A stretch of DNA of 64,000 nucleotides from Tubulanus polymorphus. Its lineage: Eukaryota; Animalia; Nemertea. Position 1 is the first letter of the stretch; every line of letters starts with the position of its first letter. This document shows, piece by piece, positions 54,601 to 64,000 of this stretch. Made by a program: the position numbers and the translations under genes. The notes below the pieces were generated by a model. The model saw nothing but the letters and a program-made list of their open reading frames with translations, made no database searches and was not told where the DNA came from. The DNA lies in NCBI RefSeq assembly GCF_964204645.1, contig NC_134028.1, forward strand, positions 22,998,345 to 23,062,344. Reading direction: 5' to 3'.

Positions 54601-57600
54601 ACACAATCTCAGTAATACAGTCACAGTCTTAGTAATACAGACAGTCTCAGTAATGCAGACAGTCTCTGTAATACAGACAGTCTCAGTAATACAGACACAA
54701 TCTCAGTAATAAAGTCACAGTCTTAGTTATACAGACAATCTCAGTAATACAGACAGTCTATGTAGTACAGACAGTCTCTGTAATACAGACTGTCTCTGTA
54801 ATACAGACAGTCTCTGTAATACAGACAGTCTCAGTAATACTGTGTCGTCGCAGCAATTTATACTCGATGATATAACCACAGATAATGATTCAATATTGTT
54901 TGAACAGATGTTCAGTTGTTCAGTAAACGCGACCCAATCCAACACAGAACCATTACAGAAAAAAAATTACAATATCATCAGAGAACGTGATTGATTGAAC
55001 ATAAACCGAATTATTCGAGTCATAAGACCAGCAGTGACGCAGAGTTTGGGCGGGGGAAATGAAGCCAGTCACTGCGCGCATTCTGATGAAAAACGATCGC
55101 GACGATTTCTTTTTTTTTCATATAAATGATCGATTTTTATGCCATATGTCGCAAAACGTTGCGAAATCGATGTTTCATACGAGCAATAATTATTCACAAA
55201 CACGAACGAACGACGGAAATTCGCCCAAATAAATCATACTGCTAAAAATACATAACCGGATCCGAGAGAGTAAGTAATAAGGGCCAGGGAGAACTGAGAC
55301 TTCGATGCCTTACTCCGCAGCGCGATGGCGAGAATATCTGAAATACTCTTAGCCATATGTATATGTGGTTTCTAGCGATCTGGGGGAATTTGAGCAGACG
55401 TTTCATGGGAAATCATCGAAATTAAAGGACATATTTCATATTGTTTGGCAACGTATTCCACCATTTTTAATGTTGGATAGGAATGCGTATTCGTTTAGAT
55501 ACTATAAACGTTGACATTTGTTTATCTATCTGACTGGCGTCGGCTCTGGCAGTCGAGCAGCACTAAAGCCCGACACAAATTGCCTGCATTTACAGACGGT
55601 TAGTCCTTTGTTTAGAGCGGATTAATCATGAATATATCAGTGACAGTAGATTGTCCGTCGCTGTGACACTTGAAAACACAAACCGCTGCAGACACAGCAG
55701 AGAAGAGAGACGAATACAAACAATATAACAGCAGTATTTACAATGGAACCTCGTTATATCGACCTCAGATATTACGAACCTAGAATTTTATCCCTAGTAT
55801 GAATATTTTGATAATTTCATACTGGATCTGATAACTATATCAGTCATCATGAATAGATTTTTTGGCCCCTTGAAGTTCTTGTAATGAGGTTCCACTGTAA
55901 CAATCGCTTATAACGAATCGATTTTCTGGTCCCTCATTGTCGTTGTACTCATCGGTTGTAATGAACAGAGTGCCCTAAAGTTCGTTGCAACGAGGTTCCG
56001 CTGTATATAGAACTATCAGCTATAACGAACTGATTGCCTTGAAGTTCGTTGTAGCGAGGTTCCTCTGTATATAGAACTATCAGCTATAACGAACTGATTG
56101 CCTTGAAGTTCGTTGTAGTGAGGTTCCTATGTATACAGAACTATCAGTTATAACGAACCGATTTTCTGGTGCCTTGAAGTTCGTTGTAACGATGTTCCTC
56201 TGTATATAAAACTATTGGCTTTAACGAAGAGATTTTTGGTCCCTGAAATTCGTTGTAACGAGGCTCCACTTTCATGCTCTTTTTCTTGCACCTCATCTTG
56301 ATTATTTTAGACATCGGGTCAATAAGTACACATTATTTCTGCGTTATTAAGCCAATCGACCAGTTACTAATTTGAACACTAATTATATATGAGCTGCGGG
56401 CTGGAGTAACAGCAGTAGAGACTGCGCTGTATCGTATCTGTAGGGATTCCGTATAATTTCGTATTCAGTAAAGCTCGGGCGCCGAGATCATCCCCAGGCA
56501 CCAATATCATTCAACACAACACAGGTGATTTACAACGACTATTACGTAACAATCACCATTTACGTCGTCGCCATAAAAAATAACATTGAGAATAATCTGA
56601 ACGTGCAAAAGCACAACGGGATGGAGAACAGGTAATAAACCACTGAGTCGGTTTGTACACGACAATACCAGCCTATTGTGTACAGTGAGTCCGAAATAAC
56701 TGCTTCCCGTAAAATGAATCTAATGTTATCTCTCAGTAAAGGCAACAGCTTGCGATGCAATTCTCTGTGATTGCCAGAGATGATCCATGGGATGGTCCAT
56801 GGGGTGAATTGGGAGAAGGTCCCGCCTTCCCATTGAGGTTGTCATCAAGATTGTCAAAACCAACAAATTCGACACCTCTCCCGGAAATTGCATATTTACG
56901 GATTTATTTCCTTAGAAATATCTAAAACCGAGGTTGGGCCGCACGCCGGGCTTTATCTGAAAATTGCCCGAGTTATTTCTTCTGGACACCGCCTTCCGAT
57001 TTTCCAAGATCCTCGTCAACACACACATCATTGTGAGCTACACCGGTAACGAATTGCACGTGTTCTAGGGCCTATACCTCCTGGGATGTGACCGTCACAT
57101 ACACAACAGGCTGAAGATCGTACCACAGTATGCGACCAGTCGCGACGTATCCCGTCACAAGCAGTCGCCAGTCAACCTACGCCCGCTTAAAGTCATATCC
57201 TTCGGTTACACTATAGTGCCTATTTCGTATAGCTCCTAATTTCTGGTCATCTCAAAATCTGGGTTTAAATGCACATCAGAAACTGATCCAGAGATTTATC
57301 CATTCAATTACAACATGTTTAATCATCAATTCTATACTCGAAATGAAATCGCATATAAACGGATAATTTCTGTGATTGATTATTGAGTGAATTTGCGATA
57401 GTCGACGATATTTAACAAGTGGTTTCGCGAATCCTGCGAGACCGAATCAAACACGACGAACGCGTACCAATAAAATGGTATTTAATGTCGTAATATATGA
57501 ATGAGCCGAGCCGGCACTCATCATCCCTCCATCTCTCCGCGCCTATCGCTCTCAGTCTGTCTCTCTCTACTGAATCAATCAATCAAGCAGCTTTAATGTA

Positions 57601-60600
57601 CTACTACGTTCCGTAATAAACATGACGTAGATGATGGAATTTTGACGATCAATCAAAAGCCTTAATCTCAAGACGGCTAAGACTACTATATCGAGAAGTG
57701 GCATCGAGATTTCGAGAGAGAAAAAACATCTCGAATCCCATCAATTCTAAGCCGAACACGAAATGCAACGATACGTTCGAGAAAAAAACAAAGACAATAT
57801 CCCCACTCAGCGGGGAACGTATACTAAGTATTGAATATGATATTTACAGCGTAACGACATCCCTAAGCTCCCCGTACCGTATTTGCCAATTTGAATGAAG
57901 TCTTCCTCAAAGTCTCAGACACATTATCATAATATGAACTATGATTAGAATGTCTGAATACAGGATTTGATGGAACGTTAGAATCCGACATGGGAATAAT
58001 GAAATGTGTTCCGGCTACAACACGATGACTGATGTTTTATGGCAGTATTAAGAATCTCACGATAAGATTGAACAATCGAGTGCGAAATATTTCCATGATA
58101 CCAGTATTCGGGAAGATGACTACTAGGATACAGTCGAAACATCGAATAAACTACAGTAAACCTCGCCTTAAACCGGACATAGCCAACTCAAAATTTTTGA
58201 CTAACTCAAAATCAAATTTGTGAATTGCTACCGTATTTTTCTATTCTTGACTATGACTTTCACCTAGAACCTCTGACCAATTTTGTAGGTCCCAGGTGGT
58301 TCGAATTAGGCTAGGTTTACTGCACTAACGTTAGCTCAAGGAAACATTTCGACCTTTTACTTTTTTCGTTCTGAGAGTGGGATTTCCTATATAATCGTCA
58401 CAAAAACCCGGAAAGCATTTTTATCAATGGTTATAACTCGTACATATATTTCTAATATACTTCTTCCTCAGATGGCAAGCTGAAAAATGGAAGCCATGTT
58501 CGGCGTCGTGCGGTAATACCGGGTTTAAGAATCGCGGCGTCGCGTGCATTCGCGTCAGAAATGGAGGATTATCGGTACGAGTTCGAAACTCTTACTGTCA
58601 ATCAAAGCTTACTCCGCACTATCGGAAAGAATGTAACAGAAAGCCGTGTCCATCGTCGTGGGTGACGGGAAAGTGGTCGCAGGTAGGTCTCTATAGACGC
58701 GTGTCTGTGCGATCTTCATTCTAATCGTGTCGCTCGTATGTAGTACAGATAGATACCAACAGAAGCTGCTGGGGGAAGACTGTGGTCAAAGATAAGTCAT
58801 AGATCCGCATAAGTTGAAACTGACCTATGCAGTTCAACACTAAAGCCGCGATTACACGAGCGTTTTTGGCCCGGAAACAACTGTTCACAAGGGTGCCAAA
58901 TTTGGTTCGACCAAAAACGTCGGACCAGGCCCGAGCTAAATTCTAGCACGGAACAAAATGGTTGCATTTGAATTGCAACTGGTTCCGGAAATGTCTCACT
59001 TGGCTTTGTTAAAATATTGTTTAGTATCGAGTGAGTGGTTTATGTGAGAGCGCGCTCTCTAATAAGGCACGGGCCAAATTTGGCTCGGGCCTGATCCGTG
59101 CCAATTTGGCGCGGTCCAAATCATCTCCGTGCGATCGCGGCTTATGATAATAGGTCTTGACAGTGGTCGAAAGAATACGTCACATTGATAAGACGGACCG
59201 GGATTGGTCAATAATTGGTCAGCGGTCACAATGGAGAATGCAATGATTTTAGTTTTTTATAATTTCAAGTGGAAGGAATCCGGCTTGCGAGCGATTGAGT
59301 TTTAAATTCAATCATCCGTCGCTCTTAAGATTAAAACAAACACCATCATCGACCACTACTCAACTCACATCTCTGCTCATATCAGTAAATCATGTCTCTT
59401 TATTGATTCAAAACCTCCTGTCTGCTCAAACATTAGCTTTTATTACTGAGCGAGCGCGATAGAGAGAGCAGCGCGCCGCGAGGCTGGCTTCTCTTTTGGT
59501 AAGAATAAGAATTCCAGGAAAAATCGCAGCGCTCTCTCCGCATAACTATTAAACATTCTGAATGTAAGATAATCTTCGTATATGAGAGAGCGCGAGTTCA
59601 GGGCTGACATTTCTACACCTCGAGAAAACCGCAATTAACCGGTTTCCGATACTCACTTTCTATATAAAACTCTCATTTATACCTGCAGCTCCATCTCTCT
59701 CCGAACCACTCAACGCAATATCTACTATAAGTGTTCTACCGAAAGTCACTCGCATCGCGCGAAACCCGTGTTGCTTAAATTCCTGTGTATACGTTAGTTC
59801 GTATTTCAATCAGGGTAAATGTTTCGCGACTATCTCTAATGCTACCAGAATAAATTGTTGAATTACTTCTCGTCTTATCGGCGCGCAAATACTGTGTAAA
59901 ACAGAAGAATTCTTGCCGTCATATTCAATTTCTCAGAAGTTACCTAATCATGCCTCTCGCTATCCTGTTCTTATGAGTAAGCACTTTCCACCGATGCCGT
60001 TTAGTTTGTATATAGTTGAAAACCGTCGGGAAAGAAAACATCATTCCGTGATACGTTCATCTTTTTCTATTGTTTTTAAAGGAATTCGTCTCAGCAATTT
60101 TAGTGTTTTATAAGCGGGTGGTATATTATTAAATGAAGGTTTTCAGTATAGTTCCAATGTCAAATTTGTTGTATCTCATAATCATCAGCAAAATAGAATA
60201 TCTAAACGGTATGAAATGGTTTGTAAAAGAAACTCTATTGATTGATTGAGTAATTACCAACCTTAGGGAAAGATAATTAATATCATCACAGTTTTGAGTA
60301 GTTAATTGTTAATTGTTTTTTTCTTGTACAAATCGAAATCGAGTCGTTGGAAATTCATACCTGTTTACTAACAAAATACTGACCCCCTAAAACTCGACCC
60401 TCCGGGAACCAAACCCGATTCATTCATGCCTATTTTCATTTCAGTGTTCAAAAACATGCGGAACAGGTGAACAGAAAAGAGAAGTAAAATGCGACAAACC
60501 AAACGATAAACACGAATACTTTTGCCCCGACTCGAAACCGGTCGAAGTTCAAGCTTGCAATAAGATAATCTGTCCACGTGCAGGTACGGTGATTATACAG

Positions 60601-61199
60601 CAAACAGCTGTGATAAATTACGCTACGATATAAACTGCTTTACCGTGTAAATTACCGACGGTCGTTGTTAATGAAGACGAGAACGTCGTGGCATTATAGC
60701 GAGTAAATTAGAGTACATTTTTGTCCTGTTTTATCATGATTAAGTCCACGTTGACATCAATGCAAAAAAACCAAAAACGCCTGCCTTACAGAGAACTGCA
60801 AATACATTGAAAATTTGTTGTCCAAAGTTGCCTCTTCTCTTCAGAAAATATTGTAGCATACTTTTAAAAGACTTGCGAAAGACATTTTCACTAAATTAGA
60901 TTTAAAATGTGTAAAATATCCACAAATAAACAAACAATTCAATCTTTCATATCTACATAATCATGTACTCTAATACTGAATGTTGTATTATTTGTTTGTC
61001 AATCTAATGTTATCGGTGTAAAATTTCAGAAGCGCAGCCGACCATTTCGATTCGAGTAACGACGCCTCGACCTCGCGCGACCTGCGAAGATCGGTCTTCG
61101 TTCTGTTCGAGATTTCAACACATCGTTTTGAACAATAAATGTCGTTTGCCGCTTTACAGAAAACTGTGTTGCTGGACGTGCGCTTATTACGGTTATTAA
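33684..61199 (+). CDS. ADAMTS metalloprotease, ADAMTS2/3/14 (procollagen N-proteinase) clade, about 1175 aa
   Basis: Exons 33684-33752, 36328-36370, 37166-37542, 38056-38233, 38784-39076, 40721-40804, 41265-41412, 42393-42498, 42720-42863, 43054-43186, 43507-43617, 43710-43852, 43943-44006, 44392-44500, 44877-45013, 45386-45509, 46457-46537, 47118-47281, 48036-48198, 48528-48660, 53510-53713, 58472-58682, 60445-60583, 61030-61199 (3528 nt, in frame). Signal peptide; prodomain (VAVSLCNGL); furin site RRKR; clade-typical GYAPVTGMC...[21 protein letters not shown] and IMAPLVQ Met-turn; [10 protein letters not shown] disintegrin-like; central TSR ([15 protein letters not shown]); Cys-rich domain; spacer; four C-terminal TSRs; PLAC (CEDRSSFC...YRKLCCWTC). 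Confidence 0.93.
34992..35330. repeat. Dispersed repeat family, two adjacent partial copies
   Basis: TGACGCCGTAAAAACCGTT...GTGTGAGTCGATGTGCACTACGTCATC also occurs at about 44637-44750. Confidence 0.6.
37636..37696 (-). pseudogene. Truncated tRNA-Ser pseudogene (5' half)
   Basis: Degenerate copy of the adjacent tRNA-Ser, including the same upstream flank (ATATGGCTCCG on +). The anticodon is mutated and the T-arm is lost. Confidence 0.8.
37763..37844 (-). tRNA. tRNA-Ser(GCT), intronic in ADAMTS
   Basis: Reverse complement GACGAGGTGGCCGAGTGGTTAAGGCGATGGACTGCTAATCCATTGGGCTCTGCCCGCGTGGGTTCGAATCCCATCCTCGTCG. Confidence 0.96.
43255..43432. mobile_element. pogo/Tigger-like MITE family G
   Basis: TIR CAATAAACCTCACCTAACCCGGACA / TGTCCGAGTAAGGCGAGGTTTACCG. 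An oppositely oriented copy lies at 58152-58323. Confidence 0.6.
45517..45687. mobile_element. PIF/Harbinger (Tourist-like) MITE
   Basis: TIR GGGTCATTCATTTATTACGTACGCAT / ATGCGTACGTAATTAATGAATGATCCC with TTA on both flanks. It is inserted 7 nt after an ADAMTS exon end. Confidence 0.8.
46630..46853. repeat. 10-bp minisatellite (ACTGACTGGT / ACTGACCGGT)n
   Basis: About 22 degenerate units; source of the spurious STGQYQS ORFs. Confidence 0.95.
47845..47926 (+). tRNA. tRNA-Ser(GCT), intronic in ADAMTS
   Basis: Identical to the 37763-37844 copy but in opposite orientation; TTTT terminator follows. Confidence 0.96.
48704..48849. mobile_element. Palindromic MITE
   Basis: TIR CCAGGGGCCAGTTGCACAGTCGTG / CATGACTATGCAACTGGCCCCTGG, with internal ACTGGTCTTA repeats. 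Confidence 0.75.
49617..49698 (-). tRNA. tRNA-Ser(GCT), intronic in ADAMTS
   Basis: Same as the other two Ser copies except for one variable-arm change (GGGTTCTGCCC). Confidence 0.94.
51095..51542. mobile_element. pogo-like MITE with tandemly reiterated left end
   Basis: Three repeats of (C)AGTCAAA..GAATCGGATCAG..TTAATCCGGATTTC, then a right end CCGGATTAAGCGGTGTTTGGCTG-TA. Confidence 0.6.
51873..52550 (-). CDS. BTB/POZ (T1-type) KCTD protein, KCTD6/11/21-like, 225 aa, nested antisense in an ADAMTS intron
   Basis: Single coding exon: [29 protein letters not shown]...[41 protein letters not shown] splice acceptor TTTCAG| at 52575 precedes the ATG. Confidence 0.92.
   Translation of the reverse strand: MMSDEVIVLNVGGVQYTTTLSTLSKYPHSMLGVMFSGQFGSASVDGQGNYFIDRDGETFKHVLNFLRTSQLCLPQGFKDWDLLEAEADFYQILPLIDSVKELKARSKGGRYLEFLDFEESAYFDRHYIPPLSRTSDRELKSGGLVISGHVKTLKLLPLPDKTLQDLEGTISQYKTVHVSTSVCSKIAIINALGLQGWELVETSFANNTDQDGSYIVHKYVWYHGS
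52805..52948. repeat. Degenerate minisatellite (GTACCTGGTAATACCAGGCAGGCATGAG)
   Basis: About 5 imperfect units of roughly 30-35 bp. Confidence 0.8.
54407..54840. repeat. 18/20-bp minisatellite (CAGTCTCAGTAATACAGA[CA])n
   Basis: About 23 units; source of the LSVLQR ORF. Confidence 0.95.
55739..56270. mobile_element. MITE family B copy followed by a tandem array of its right end
   Basis: TA-CAATGGAACCTCGTTAT...GAGGTTCCACTG-TA (55739-55899), then about five 60-100 bp units, each ending GTTCGTTGTARCGAGGTTCC.CTGTA. Confidence 0.75.
58844..59142. mobile_element. MITE family C, copy 2
   Basis: AGCCGCGATTACACG...CGTGCGATCGCGGCT, colinear with 19550-19843. Confidence 0.8.
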
Positions 61200-62314
61200 A
61201 AACCCGTAGAACCAGTGGTGGCAGGTGCGGATCCGCGGACTTATTTTGAAGATCTTGTGGCACATTTAAGGGCATTCTTGATCATTGAAAAGGCATATAT
61301 TATTAGGAGGCGTATTAGCAATTACAAAAAATTGAAAATTCCTCGATTAGATGCATCTTATAGCATTTCCGAGTACGAAACCTGTCCACTGACCTCGTCC
61401 AACCAATTAACACTGTAAGAGAGTTTTATAATAAGGGATTAAAAATTCGAAGTAAAAAGTTCACCCAGAAACGGGCAACTCAAATGATTTGAGGGTTTTG
61501 CACAAGGCCCATGGGATCCGCCGCACCTGGGGGGATTTCGCATCTGACCTCTGGGAACCTATATTAGATATTGAGGGTTCCGAATATAACCTTATATGGG
61601 TATAAAATATAGAAATGTAAAAAAAATCTATGACGAATCGAGGACCAGACAAACCTGTAACTTACTTACTACTATCGCATACAACTGTTTTATTAAATTG
61701 TTATTGTAAATGATAATCAATGTCTTGGTGTTATTATATGTATCTCAACTCTCATTCACGTAGAAAACCTGGTAGGTAGATGATGTTTTCTACACCTTTA
61801 GATAATAATTTGTTTGTAGTTAACGCATTATACACAGTTCCTTCGTAGGCCCACATGCACTTCAAAAACAATGTATCAAACCAAGTTCAGTTCTTGTAAA
61901 CAATATTTGCATAAAAGCAACTACTAATAGTAGTACCATGGTAATAAACAGCATTCTCTCATTTTCGGAGAATGGTTTATCTTAAATCATCTAGTTATAA
62001 AAGTGTGTATAATAATTGTATTAATCATATGTATTTTAAGATATGTGTCTGTTTCATATTGTAGTAAAAATTATCATCTAATAAAAATAAATGTCTCGAA
62101 TTATCCTTCAATAAGCTGTTGATGATCAAGAGCTTCGCCTCCTCTGGCCTCACTCCGCGGGGAAATCGTCTATTTGTTTCTACTATCATCTCTTGATCCG
62201 CTAGGAAAAACAAATCAAACGCTATTGAGAGATTTTTCACGCGGCGCATTCAAAACCTCAACGAAGAAAAAATATACCAAACAGAATTGCGCAAGTTTTA
62301 TAATAAATACCGAC

Positions 62315-62485
62315 TACAGTGGAACCTCGTTATAACGAACTCGGATACAACGATTCATCAGATATATAACAAATATAGAATTTTGTCCCGAGTTACAAGA
62401 TGTAATCAATTTTCTACCACGAACTATCGGTTATAACGAACATATTTTCTGGTCCGTGGAAGTTCTCTGTATAACGAGGTTCCCC
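62315..62485. mobile_element. MITE family B copy
   Basis: TA-CAGTGGAACCTCGTTATAACG...TATAACGAGGTTCC. Confidence 0.75.
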
Positions 62486-64000
62486 TATTTGCAGTTTTAA
62501 AAGTTTTAAAAACCGAGAATTTATTCAATCAAAAATTAAAATGACACGACATTTCGAACTCTTACTACAGATCATCATAAAGCGGGTTTTAACTATTTCA
62601 CAAATTTAATTTAGCTGTTGCATTTGGAATGAGCAAACAAAACAAAACCTTCAACTTTCAGAAGTGAAACCTGTCGGTCATACAAGGCTACATCTTTTCT
62701 TATACAAACCAATCGATAAACCATCCCCGAACGACGACTTCAGTTCTCAGAAAACTCGATAACAAAAACTAAATATGAGAAGGGATTCGGGATATAGAAA
62801 TGGACACGAGGTTGCGTCGTGATTGCATCCAGTGAAATATCGATCATCGAAAGACAGTCAGTTCGCAATTATCGGCTCATTCAGATATATATTGATCCAA
62901 TTGTCAGTAATTAATGCGAAATGAACCACGGGTCAAAATTTTACGCCGAGCTAATATCAACGCGACAGCGGCCGCGGCGGCGACAATCGATGAGCGGGAA
63001 TTCTCTCGATATCACGCCACATCTCCGCCATATAAATTACGAGAGCTCTGCTGCACTGCTGTCAGATTGTCACAGAACAATAGATACATCGTCCGTCCTC
63101 CCCTCCCCCTCGTCTGTCCGCCCGCTCCGATATCCGTCTAATGAACCCTCAACAGCGGTTTGTCCGCATACAATAACTCGCACCAGAATCGCGCTCAATT
63201 TCCTATTTCGACAGGAGTTTTGTAAAATGAATGTTTTTTAAATAAGCCTAAACTGAAATGATACGCTGTTTCTCCTAATCGGTCGTGCGTATCATTTTTG
63301 TGAAATGCAATAACATTCGCAATGAGTTCATTTCAAGCTTGATCGTGATTTTTTTTTGAAGTTATGTACAGGGCAGCATAGGCAGCCGGCCGGTCAACTT
63401 TTAAGTTCAGAAGAAATGAGTAACGACGTATCAATATTGTTGTTTAGCCTAAAAGAGAGCGATAACAGGCAATTCTTACTTGTAATTCACACTAAAACAT
63501 TACAACCAGAGTCCATTGTAACTAACCATCGTCAAAACCCATTGTATGCAACCATCGTCAGGACCAACAAAAATATGGCGTCACAACTTGAAACGTTATG
63601 AAGAAATGTATTTTCTGATTTTGATTGAGAGATATTTTCATGTTTAGTGATTGGTTTTGATGAAGTTGTTGTATACGGCTGAGATGAAATGTTTATATCA
63701 CGTGACGTTCTCATACATTCCACACGGTTCTCACTCAGTCAGTTGTTTCCCACACACAGCCAGCTACCTGTTCAATCAGTACAAATTCCATGTCAAATAT
63801 TCTTTTAATTCACATACGCACACTACAGTTCACTCTCCGGTTCATTAGACCTACAGCAAATCTGTTAAAAATACGCGCTAATTCTGTCAATTCATCATCA
63901 CACATGAAATCAAAACTACATCTAATATCTAGGGACGGATCTAGGATTTCTTTGAAGATGCAGAAAAAAGGGCAACCATACTTCTCAACTGGTGCTGTAC

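Noticed and set aside
54407-56270. Repeat arrays as possible CRISPR
   Set aside because: Eukaryotic DNA; tandem units without unique spacers; no cas genes.

Overview
Intron-rich, AT-rich animal genomic DNA from a protostome, probably a lophotrochozoan/spiralian, judging by the bantam sequence variant. Left to right: (1) about 12 kb of non-coding DNA ending in a bantam microRNA hairpin (+, 11411-11485), which the ORF track misses; (2) a 3-exon SoxE (Sox8/9/10-like) gene on the minus strand, tail-to-tail with bantam; (3) a 24/25-exon natriuretic-peptide-receptor-type membrane guanylyl cyclase (+), head-to-head with SoxE, with only about 1.3 kb between the ATGs; (4) a 24-coding-exon ADAMTS2/3/14-like procollagen N-proteinase (+) with a KCTD6/21-like gene nested antisense in an intron. 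Six intact tRNA genes (Leu-TAG, 2x Thr-TGT, 3x Ser-GCT) and several tRNA pseudogenes lie in introns. There are many MITEs, Penelope-like footprints carrying minimal hammerhead motifs, and micro/minisatellites. Gene models were assembled by eye from GT-AG boundaries, reading-frame continuity and family motifs. No database searches or folding programs were run. I did not find a clearly novel system; the best leads are the bantam/SoxE locus, the hammerhead footprints and the splice-site duplications.
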